64,000 nucleotides of DNA, taken from positions 53,878,001-53,942,000 of the forward strand of contig NC_079172.1 in the NCBI RefSeq assembly GCF_947568905.1, written 5' to 3'. The notes below the pieces were generated by a model. It did not search any database and was not told the DNA's origin. It saw only the letters and a list, made by a program, of their open reading frames with translations. This DNA is from Ostrea edulis. Its lineage: Eukaryota. Below are positions 11,401 to 24,200 of the stretch, one piece after another. Each line of letters starts with the position of its first letter. The stretch's first letter is position 1. Position numbers and translations under genes: made by a program.

Positions 11401-14400
11401 TAAAAGAGGCTGGAATGGGCGTCAGTGCGAAATTGGTAAATTAAAAGACCTTTGCAAATCCCTGATAGTTTTTAGATACTTTGAATTACTATTCATGTAA
11501 CTATCATTACTTTAATTGTCCATTTTTATCATTTTTATACCTGTATGTCTGTACTAAATAAAAAACAATAGCACCCTTTATAGAATAAAATGTATTACAT
11601 ATACAATAAATGACAGTAAAGGAAACACAAACTAGGACTCAAATATAAGTAAAAGTTACCTACATGTAAAATGTACAGACAATGTATAATGACAAATTGC
11701 CACATTGCAAAATTTGCACCTTTATTATGACTGGTGAAAAAGTAGGTCATATTTGGCATGTACAAATAGACCAAAACATTTATCTTTTTATTACATGCAT
11801 AAGGAAATATTGCTAGTAATTGTATCTCCTTTAAAATGACTTTGATATGTACAGTGGAAAAGAAACATGTGAATTTTGCAGACATAGACGAATGCATGGA
11901 AGTGCCGTGTAAAAATGGTGGAACTTGTGTCAATACGAATGGTTCCTTTTATTGTACCTGTCCACCGTCCTGGGAAGGATTGTATTGTGACGTAGGCAAG
12001 TAGAACACAAATATCCTAGAATGTTTATTTCAAAGGTATATATTATACCAGTAGTTTCTGTAGATTACATACTGCATTGTAATCCTTTTCTGTGAGTTAC
12101 ATCTTTATTACAACCTTGCATCTGAGAATCAATTTATGGTTTCAATGTAAGATTCAGTTTTGGATATCTTTTCAACTTTTCTTCATAATGCGGTTCATAT
12201 CGTGTTTGTACTGTTGAGAATATAATTTATGATAATCTTTACAGTTTTCTGTGTTTGCATCTGTGTGCTAGTAACATCTCATTCATAGGTTACTCATTCA
12301 CTCTTCATGATGAGGATGACTAACTCTGAAACTCTTTTCTCTAGAAATCAAAGAGCAATCTAACTAATATGATAAGTGTATATGTTTATAAAGTTTATTC
12401 TGATACAAAAAGTGAATGAATAATTTATGTTATATAGATAGGGGAAAAACCAATTTGTTCTCAAATGACAGTGTCTGTGTTTACAAACATTATATCGCAT
12501 TATTCAGATATAGATGACTGTGCGAAGACTCCCTGTCAGCACGGCGGTACTTGTATCAATGACATTGGTTTTTATAACTGCACGTGTCCTCCCAGCTGGA
12601 CAGGAAAAAACTGCCATGAAGGTGATTGTACAACAATTATCAAATTAACAGAATATAGGAGCTTTAGCAAGCATATTCCATCCTTATTTTTTAAAGTTTT
12701 CCTAACATGTATTATTCTTATGAAATTCAGCCAAGGTCCAAAGTTTGGCGACAGAACTTCATCTCTATTATGAATTCTGTCGAAGATTATGCCAGACGAT
12801 GGTCTAAATATGAAAAAGAAGAACTTGATACATTGTCAGAATGGGTTAAAAGCATAAGAGGAATATTAAAATCCCGCATTCGACATATGAAAACAAAAGT
12901 ACGAACCATCTATTCTTCTGTGTTTAGTAAACCAGAAGTGATAAGCGAAATAGATAGGTTACATGAGGAATGTGTTTTGGTTCCAGCTGACAAAGCTAGT
13001 AACAATATTGTCTTTGTAAGGCTCATTATTACAACTGTATTTTCAACGAATTTGGCATCAATTCCACTTTTGATCATCGTACTTATACTCCAACTGCCCT
13101 TTCAAAAGATGAAATTCTTCAAAACCATGCTTCAGTTTTAGACACATTTAATATCCAAGTCAATGGGTCGAATGAATATGAGTTACCGTACCTATACTGG
13201 ATTCCTAAACTACATAAAAACCCTTACAAAGATACATTGCTGGATCCAGTAAGTGCTCTACCAAGCCCCTATCTTTGCTCCTCATGAAAATATTAACAGC
13301 TGTGAAGGAGAAACTTCAAACTTACTGTGCGACTACATATGCAAGAAGTGGTGTTAATCAAATGTGGATTCTAAGAAATTCTAAAGAACTTTAAGTAAAC
13401 TTGAAATCGCAGAATTTTTCCCAAATTAATAACATTTAAACTGATGCCTTTTCAACACTATACACGACCATTCCTCACGATAAATTAAAGACTAGACTGT
13501 TTGATATCATAGACAGTTGCTTCTTCAACAAAAATGGAAAACGGAAATATTCATATCTAGTGATCAGTCATTCAAAAACTTACTTTGTTAAACACCACTC
13601 TGATTCCACGCACAAGTACTCTGAAGTTGAAATAAAAAATATGCTAGAGTTCCTTATTGACAATATCTTCGTGGTCTTTGGTGATCAGGTCTTCCAACAG
13701 TCTGTTGGAATTCCCATGGGCACGAATTATGCTCCTTTGTGTGCTGACCTGTTTCTATATTCATATGAAGCAGAATTTATTTAAAAACTTCTACGTGAGA
13801 AGAAAAAATCTCTCGCTGTGGCCTTCAATTCGACATTTCGATATATCGAGGACGTTTTGTCTATTAACAATAATAATTTTCATTCATATGTCGATTTGAT
13901 ATATCCCTGTAAGCTCGAAATAAAGGACACCACAGAGTCGTCCACTTCTGCTTTATACTTAGATATTTTATTGAAAGTAGACATTAACGGCAAACTGACA
14001 ACTCAACTGTATGACAAACGGGATGATTTCAGCTTCTCCATCGTCAACTTCCCATATTTATGTAGCAATATTCCATTATCACCTGCATATGGTGTTTATA
14101 TATCTCAACTGATTCGATATACAAGAACTTGTTCTGCGTATAGTCAGTTTTTAAATCGAGGTAAGCTACTGACAAACAAGTTGATGGTACAGGGGTTTCA
14201 ACAGTCTCGATTGGAGTAAGCATTTCGCAAATTCTATGGTCGTTATAACGATATAGTTCGTCAATACAACCTATCATTGGGTCAAATGCTGTCTAGATAA
14301 TATGCTGTTTCATACCGATTGTTAAGCCGTTCTTGGCACACTGATTTTGACTGCGGATAACTCCGTTTACCTGATCAGGATATAGGGCTCACGGCGGGTG

Positions 14401-15062
14401 TGACCGGTCGACAGGGGATGCTTACTCCTCCTAGGCACCTGATCCCACCTCAGGTGTGTCCAGGGGTCCGTGTTTGCCCAACTATCTATTTGTATTGCTT
14501 GTAGGAGTTATAAGATTGATCACTGTTCGTTATCTTCACCTTGCATGTGTAATACAATTATTGTTAAAAAGAATTCTGTTTTCTTGCTTAAGACATTGAT
14601 GAATGTAACCTGGTCCCATGTCATAACGGAGGGACCTGTCAGAACACACAAGGATCCTACCTGTGTTCCTGTGACTTGGGGTGGATTGGTAAACACTGCA
14701 ATACTGGTAAGAGTTCAATTTTATTGATCCCGATCTGTTCAAGAGAGAAGCATCAATCGTGATTTAGAGAATGATGAAGTACTTAGATTTGGAATACAAG
14801 GCTGTCATTCTTCATCAATACATGAATATATGTATATATATATATATAATTCAATAAAAAAAGCAGGAAAATATACAGTTCCAAAATATATTTAAATCAC
14901 TAGCGCTTTCTGGATTTTAACATCCATCCTCAGGTGAATACAAATTAATAAGATGCTAAAATCCAGAAAGCGCTAGTGATTTAAATATATTTTGGAACTG
15001 TATATTTTCTTGCTTTTTTATTGAATTATTTTGACTGTGTGGTATCAACTCTTTCTATTTGG

Positions 15063-15109
<47 letters not shown>

Positions 15110-15168
15110 AAATTGTTGTTTTAAAAAATCAGTGTCCGGTATAAGATATTAAAATAAACAGTAAACAA

Positions 15169-15211
<43 letters not shown>

Positions 15212-18200
15212 TTCATAAGATATGCCATTATTTATATATAAAAGACAAATGGGCGTGTAAATGTGTAAATAATGCCAAAAGCAAAGGTTGGTGTTTGAAA
15301 ACGCAATACTGTTTTCTCTAGATGTTGACGAGTGTATCAATTATCCATGTCAGCGGGGTGGAATTTGTCGCAATACCAACGGATCGTACAACTGCGCATG
15401 CCCAGACGGGTGGAATGGCCAAAACTGTGAATATGGTAAAATATATTTTATATTTATTTAGAATTTTTCACATTATGCTGACAAGATAGAGAGATGCGAG
15501 TGTATGTTCTGCGTATGATTAATTTTTTAATTGATGGTTTCAACAGTCTCGTTGGTCGTCATAATGATTTAATTTGCAAATACAAGCTATCACTGGGTTA
15601 AATGCTGTATAACGCGTTTCATATCAATAGTTGTGCTGTTATTTACTGATATTGACTACGGTTTATCCCATTTACCTGATCATGAGATAGGTGTGACCGG
15701 TCAACAGGGGGTGCTTACTCCTCCTAGGCACCTAATCCTACCTCCGGTATGGCTAGGGATCCGTGTTTACTTAATTTTGTATTTTATAGGATTTATGAAT
15801 TGAGCATTGTTCGTTATCTTCACTTGCTCAAAGAAAGATGGCTAAAACTTTATTTCTAATCGGCAAGTACTTATAACATGGAAACACGTGATATCACAGC
15901 GCAAAACACAAAGTGATCAGGAATGACACTCAAAATAGGCACCGATTTTGTATTTGATGAAATTTCTTTGTACAGTTGAATAACACATTATTAAATTAAA
16001 CAATACACAGGAAATGTCAATTTCAAAGATTTAATAATATCTACCTTCGCGTCAGTTCTATTGATTGGGATTTAATTCGCGATCTTTGTCTGTAATAGAC
16101 AGCCAGGGATTTAAATCATTACGAATAGATGAAAATGAGCAAATTCACTTCAACACAAATACATATGTACATGTATGTATCGTAATGTCAAATTTTCAAT
16201 GACATTATGATTTTATTCTATCATAATTTTGTATGGTCTACTTTTCGTTGTTTTTATGGTATTTCATGTAGACATACCCAAGAATTAAAACCATTCATGA
16301 ACACATGAAAATGAATTGATATTACTAAACGGCAGTGAAATCAGTCTAACTCGAATTTGATGAATATATGTTTTGTTTTGTTGATATTTGTTGTAGGCTT
16401 TAATTTTCGTTGTTTTCATGATATTGACCACAAACTGAAGTCCACCACAAACACAAGAAAGTAAACTAACATAAAAAAAAACGTCAACTTTTGATCTACG
16501 AAACCAATTCTTCAATTTTTCTGAAGTTATGAACATTTGATCCCAAGAAGATAAATGAATTTTACTGTCCTTTATGAATAGTCAAAATTGTTTTCTTTAA
16601 TTCGTAATTGGAATTGTAGATAAAAACGAATGCCAATCAAACCCTTGTCAAAATGGTGGATTTTGTGAAAATACAAATGGTTTTTATCGCTGCCGCTGTG
16701 GCGATGGATGGATGGGTCAAAACTGCCACATAGGTAAGTGAATCAATAAGACATCTATTTCTTCATTGGCTTACTTATTTACTTAAGTAATCAAATAAAT
16801 TTGATGTGCAGATGTTGACGAATGTCTACAATTCCCCTGCCAGCATGGCGGTCTATGTCGTAATCTAAATGGTACATATTTCTGTGATTGTCCATCGGGG
16901 TGGATAGGACCGCATTGTCAATTTGGTAAGTAGCACCATACTCATTGTATATAAAATCAATCATCAAAGTCAATAATGCAAATAGTCTTATTGTATTTGT
17001 TGGTCATGTAGAGTAAAATGGGAAATGGAACGATAATCGTAAATTGTAAATTAATTGATTATAAATTGATCATCATACACCATGGCATATTATATGATAT
17101 GTGTGGCATTACATCAGAGAAATTATAAAAAAAAAATCAATGACAAAATTGGAGTAATAAATAGTATTTTAATTTTAGATGTCAACGAGTGTTTACGGAC
17201 ACCATGTTCAAACAAAGCAGTGTGTATCAACGATATGGGCTCTTACCGTTGTGTTTGTCCCGACGGACTCACGGGACAAAACTGTGACTATGGTATGTTT
17301 TTTCAACGCGTACATGTAGGAGAAAGGTCTCATTTGGCCCTCATTTTTTGCTTTGATTTCAGAAGAGACTTCAAATCGTAAAACCTAGTAAACCTTGTTT
17401 CAAGAGGCTTTATTAGAAATATTTAAACCACGGGAATGTCAAAGATTTGGGCAAATTTGGGGTTTCAGAAGAAAATAGTTTACATTTTTCTAAATTTACA
17501 TATGCTTTTGAAGACATGTTTGCCTACGTAACATTTTGATACCAAAGTTGCAGCTGGTACTGTTGTACAGAGTTTGTACGTTTGATAGGTAAGCAAGTGT
17601 GTGCTCTATATTTTCTGAAGCAACATATGATTCTAATGAGTTAACTTTTCGCTAAAGATGGGGAAAATCGGAATTTTCATTAAGCTTGTACATTCCATTT
17701 GTACTTGGAATATATCATATAATAAAACTAATGATATTCATCTTCAGATAGGCATGATCTGATTCACTAAATAATGTTCTACAGCCTGTTCTCGAAATGA
17801 TTGCCTTATCTAAATTTCTTCTTTCACTTTACATAATATATTTATTAACACTTTCATTTTGAATTCTATAGCTTTTGGTTTTTCAGTCTATGATGCAAGA
17901 CCATAATTCAAATGTATGCTTGCCCCTGATCAAATCATTATCTGTTATCTGTTAGATATCAACGAATGTGTATCTTCTCCTTGTTATCACAACGGAACGT
18001 GTCTTAATACAGCTGGGTCTTATTCTTGCACGTGTTTGGACGGATTTTCTGGGAAACATTGTGAAAATGGTTAGTACATGTATTGAAATCATCTCAGACA
18101 TCGTGTAGCATTTTGCTCTAAAAATTCATACAAGTTTAACCGCCTTAATGGCAGGAAGCTTTAAGTTTCAGACGGCAGTATACACTATTGCATAAAAGAT

Positions 18201-21200
18201 GGTAACCTACTATTTCCTAATAGTAAAAACATCTCTTGTGCTTGATGATATTAATGGGATCCATGAGTGTAAAGAAGCAATAAAAAAAATCACTCGACAG
18301 ACCCTGTAATACATGTTGAAAATATTTGTCTTAAAGTTGTTAATCTAATCAGCGATATTTTAGCTTTGTACATTTTGATTATATCTAGAACTTTCCACGT
18401 GTTCCTCCATCACCTGCTATAATGGAGGTGTATGCCAGGAGTCCGCCGGAAAGGACACGTGCGAATGTACGCCAGGATGGACGGGTACCCAGTGCCAATA
18501 TGGTAATGGTGTCACAATCTTATATTAAGCCTAGTGAGATCTGATAATGTCAATTCAATCGAAATATCAATGACATTTAACATGATCTGAATATCAGTAA
18601 ATAGTAAACACCTTTCACATTTTCCATTGCTGTGTAGTTTATTACGGTTATCTGCATGCATTGTGTTAAAGATTTACATATGTATTCTGTGTTGAACTCT
18701 AGAAAGTCAGCAATTGTTGATATTTTACATTACCTTGTAGACGTGAATGAATGTCAGCAAAACCCGTGTAAGAACGGAGGCGTCTGTAATAACGTGATAG
18801 GGTCTTTTGTTTGCACTTGTCCAGTCGGCTTCGGGGGAACAGACTGCTCTCAAGGTTATAAAATATATACCTTTCTGTAACATTTAACCATTTTCATGAT
18901 TTTTTTCCCCCTGTGATATAAGTTATACGGAAGTGTAATTTTTGAAATCATATTTTTCTTAGCAATAGCAATGGTCGGTTTCTGAGAAAACAGTGTTGCG
19001 CCAAATGAAGTTATTTATTTCATCTAGTTTTTTCGTAGTATTATTAAGTATATTGTATTTTCTATTTGCAGATGTGAATGAATGTTTACAGAATCCTTGT
19101 TCCAATAGTGTGGCATGTCAGAATGTTCCTGGAAGTTATACATGTGTCTGTAATCCTGGATGGAAAGGCCAAGATTGTGATATTGGTAGGCTAATGTTAA
19201 TTCGTTACTATGGTGATGATAAATTAAGATATTTTCGAGTAGATTTAAGTTCCATCGGCTTTGTTGTCTTGAAGTATTAAGATATTGACTAATTTCTCTC
19301 TAGCCTTCATTCACGAATTCGCAAAAATAGATATGCTAGTATATAAAGTACAGATAAACGTTTTGGGTCCCTTAAGAGATTGACGCTTTTTATGAATTAG
19401 AAATTTGAAAATTTACAACCTTGAAATTCAGAATCAGCTCATGTATAATTAAACACTACACATTCTTAAACATACACTGTGACTTGAACTCATGAAGCTA
19501 CTCTGGTTTCACAGTTCATTTTCCCACTGAAACATCAATGAATATTGTGAACGAATTTCAGTTGAGAACACGAATCTTAGTCACAAAATCCATTGAAAAT
19601 ACAAACGATACCAAACGAATGCAATTTGTTTCATTAAATTTAACGAAATCCAGTGAAAGCCGTGTATTTATGACCTCATATATAGGGATCACAAACAGTT
19701 TCTGTTTGATTGATATACTGTACATAAAAGTAAGGTGTAATGACAATTGTGCTAAACTTTTATGAAGATCACACATTTTCATTCATTTAATTTCATACAG
19801 TAACTATGTGTACATCTGTAATGATGTGTTTTATGTGTAGCCATGATACCAAAAAGTTCGACATTTGAAGGATGAAAAAAGAGACATGTGTATCAATGTC
19901 TTGTACGACCTTCCATAGAACCCGAAAGTGTCTTTATTTCGTGTGTTATGTCTCTGTCGTGGAATACTTCCCGGTGGTGTGTCTTTATTTTGTGTGTTAT
20001 GTCTATTCTCTGTCGTGGAATACTTCCTGGTGGTGTGTCTTTATTTTGTGTGTTATGTCTATTCTTTGTCTTGGAATACTCCCTGGTGGTGTGTCTTTAT
20101 TTTGTGTGTTATGTCTATTCTTTGTCTTGGAATACTTCCTGGTGGTGTGCCTTTATTTTTTGTGTTATGTCTATTCTCTGTCGTGGAATACTTCCTGGTG
20201 GTGTGTCTTTATTTTGTGTGTTATGTCTATTCTTTGTCATGGAATACTCCCTGGTGGTGTGTCTTTATTTTGTGTGTTATGTCTATTCTTTGTCATGGAA
20301 TACTCCCTGGTGGTGTGTCTTTATTTTGTGTGTTATGTCTATTCTTTGTCGTGGGATACTTCCTGGTGGTGTGTCTTTATTTTGTGTGTTATGTCTATTC
20401 TTTGTCGTGGAATACTTCCTGGTGGTGTGTCTTTATTTTGTGTGTTATGTATATTCTTTGTTGTGGAATACTCCCTGGTGGTGTGTCTTTCCAGTCTCCT
20501 GAAGCTCTATCTAACCCTCAGTCTGAATTAACCCCAGCAGACACAAGACAGCAAGTTAAGGCCCTGGCCAGGAAAACTGGAATTCTCGTCATTCTATTTA
20601 CAAAGTAAAACGCTTTAAAATGATACGCGTTTGATATATTGAGTTCGAATGAACAACAGGTCAACGGATATCTACACAAACAATTGGGAATATGCTCTAA
20701 CAGGCCATTGATCCTCCTGTCCTCAGCAGAACCTGTTCTGAATCGAGAACACTACACAGAAAGGCTATGATATATTCAACAGCAGTACAGGAAGTGACAG
20801 AAGTCACACCAGTGTTGTTTGCAGACGAATTTCGATTTTATGTAAATTTGACTCTTTGACATACCAAACGAAAATCCTGTGTTGATCTTTGTGATTCTGA
20901 ACAAAATTGGTAAGATGGAGGATCTATGATGACTTGGAAAGGAGTTAATTTTGACTGCATGGGTTTACCCGAAAATCAGTTTAAATATTAAGACAAATCT
21001 ACTCGTACACATAAGGCTTCAGTTTTTAAAACGAAAACCTATAGAAAGAAACAATCGAGCGTATATGTGGTATGCTTTTCTCCGAAATTAACCTTATAGT
21101 TTCTAAATATTGTTTCCCTCTTATATGCAGAAGCAAGAGCAACCCCATACTCCACATCCCTAAAAACCTTGTGTTTCTTTGTTATAGCATATTATACAAT

Positions 21201-24200
21201 AAATGATCGAGCCGTAGAGCAAATTCTATAATCTCTTATATTATAAATTTCACAAAACATGTATTTGGAGAAACGTATGTATTGGTAGGACCATATCACA
21301 CATGACTCTTTCACTAATTAACAAAGCAATTATTGTAATGATTATATTGGCTTTCGTAAAACAAATCAGTTTGAGGGATTTTATCATTTCTGAATTTTGA
21401 CTAGATCTTAAACAATGTCAGTTGGAAGAAAAGTATGAATATTAGTCTACAAAAATGTAATTGTATGTGTTTTAGGGAGTGTTGTTTTTACATGTTTTAG
21501 GGATTGTTGTTTACCTGTTTCATGGATTGTTGTTTACATGTTTTAGGGAGCGTTGTTTACATGTTTTAGGGATTGTTGTTTACATGTTTTAGAGATTGTT
21601 GTTTACATGTTTTAGGGAGCGTTGTTTACATGTTTTAGGGATTGTTGTTTACATGTTTAGGGAGTGTTGTTTACATGTTTAGGGAGTGTTGTTTACATGT
21701 TTTAGGGAGCGTTGTTTACATGTTTTAGGGATTGTTGTTTACATGTTTAGGGAGTGTTGTTTACATGTTTTAGAGAGCGTTGTTTTACATGTTTTAGGGA
21801 GTGTTGTTTTACATGTTTTAGGGAGCGTTGTTTTACACGTTTTAGGGAGTGTTATTTAGATGTTTGAGGGATTGTTGTTTACATGTTTTAGGGAGCGTTG
21901 TTTACATGTTTTAGGGAGTGTTGTTTTACATGTTTTAGGGAGCGTTATTTACATGTTTTAGGGATTGTTGTTTACATGTTTTAGGGAGTGTTATTTACAT
22001 GTTTTAGGGAGTGTTATTTACATGTTTTAGGGATTGTTGTTTACATGTTTAGGGAGCGTTGTTTTACATGTTTTAGGGAGCGTTGTTTTACACGTTTTAG
22101 GGAGTGTTGTTTACATGTTTAGGGAGCGTTGTTTACATGTTTTAGGGAGTGTTGTTTTACACGTTTTAGGGAGTGTTATTTACATGTTTTAGGGAGTGTT
22201 GTTTAGATGTTTTAGGGAGCGTTGTTTACATGTTTTAGGGAGTGTTGTTTACATGTTTTAGGGAGTGTTGTTTTACATGCTTTAGGGAGTGTTGTTTACA
22301 TGTTTTAGAGAGCGTTGTTTTACATGTTTTAGGGAGTGTTGTTTACATGTTTTAGGGAGAGTTGTTTACATGTTTTAGGGATTGTTGTTTTACATGTTTT
22401 AGGGAGTGTTGTTTTATGAAGTTTTCTGTTATCTCTCATCAGATATTAATGAATGCTTACTGAATCCCTGTCAGAACTTAAGTCCGTGTACCAACAATTT
22501 GGGTTCTTACACGTGCGCATGTTCGCCTCACTGGACTGGACAAAACTGCAATATAGGTAATCAATAATCTATGATAAACTTTGATGGAGTCAGTTTCCTT
22601 TTTATGAAGACGATATGTTTTGGCACCTATTACACGAGATGCATGCTTTTCCTTACAGACGTCAATGAATGCCTTTATCTTCCGTGCCACCACGGTGCAC
22701 GATGTGACAATTTCCAGGGAGGATATGTCTGTTCCTGTAAGAATGGGTGGACGGGACAAAACTGTGACGCAGGTAAAGATAGAAACATTTCAACTTCGAG
22801 GCAGGCAATTTTATTCTTAATTGATCGAAATGTATTAAAGAGAGCGTCTGTTTCTTGTAGATATTAATGAATGTGCGGAGTCTCCCTGTACCAATGGGGC
22901 TCAGTGTGTGAATGTAGATGGCTCCTATGTGTGTGACTGTCCCACCGGATGGACAGGATCCCTGTGTAGTACAGGTGTATATTTATTCTATTTGAAAACG
23001 GCATTTTAATCGTCTCTTAATTATATTCCTATTTAATGCAGTATAAATTTCGCTTAATGGGAAGCAAAATCTAGATTACAGAAAAACCTTGACTTCGCTG
23101 TAAAGCACTGTTTGTAATGGTGGAGGGTTGACAAATACATACGTCAGGAAAACATGCTTCTTATCTTAACATCTTGTAATTTTGATGTCGTAAATAAACC
23201 ATAATATTGTATTATCAATATAGGCCTAGACATTTATGTAAAGTTCATGGTGAGGAACCGATAGAGGAATTTCGTTAAAAACGGGGAATTCAGAGAATAA
23301 TTAACCTTCTGAAAACTCTCCTCATTTACAGTTGTATTTCGTCGATACAGAAATGGCTATGTTTATGGATTGGATTTGAACGCGACTGTTTTCCACTAAA
23401 GTTTAAAAAATGTTTACTTTACCCTCAATCATGACATAATTATATAGTTTTCTTTTTCATGAAAGTTCAATAACACACTTTCAGTTACTTGAATTGTTTC
23501 TTTTGCTCAGATCTAAATGAATGTGATCAGAACCCATGCCAGCACGCCAGTGGGTGTAGCAATCTCCCTGGTAACTACAGCTGTCAGTGTCTACAAGGTT
23601 GGACGGGAACAAACTGTGAATTCGGTAGGTTAACTCTGATAACAAAAGCGCACCGTAGTTTCGTCGATTTTCGTTGAATACCAATATTCGTTGTTGTCAT
23701 GGTGTAACACTCTACGGAATCAAGTATTCTGTTAGTGCACAAAAGGAAGAATGTAGAACATATTATTTCTATAAAATTACGTATCAACAAAAGTGTTTTC
23801 TACAGATCTACATATGAAAAAATCATAGGATTAAATACTTTTCAAAAAATTGGATTTTTCTTCTTTTTTGTGCTGGTTAAGTTATAAGCGTCTAATTTAT
23901 TAGATTGGTGTGTTTTCATCTTGAAATTGTTTCTATTCTCTCATTTCTCTGAAGGAGAAGACAATTACATCTATTTCATTTACTTTATAATAGCGAGAGC
24001 ATCTCAGAAAACGTAAACATTTTGTGTTAATATAAGATTTATTGTATCTATTTATTAGGTTAGAAAACATGCATTGTATATTCTAAATATTGACCTTTAC
24101 ATTAGACATCGATGAATGTGCCACTTCCCCGTGCCAGAATAGCGGAGTTTGTGTGAACATAGACGGATCATATCGGTGTTCATGCGGAAATGGGTTCACA

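Noticed and set aside
12720-14543. Possible selenocysteine recoding in the Penelope-like RT (reported for some Naiads)
   Set aside because: The in-frame stops I checked are TAA and frameshifts are present, i.e. ordinary decay. I recognised no SECIS.
19872-20608. Three overlapping ORFs of 204-226 aa, rich in Cys/Val/Leu
   Set aside because: They are translations of a stop-free 56-bp tandem repeat. All three frames are open and no splice context fits the gene model.
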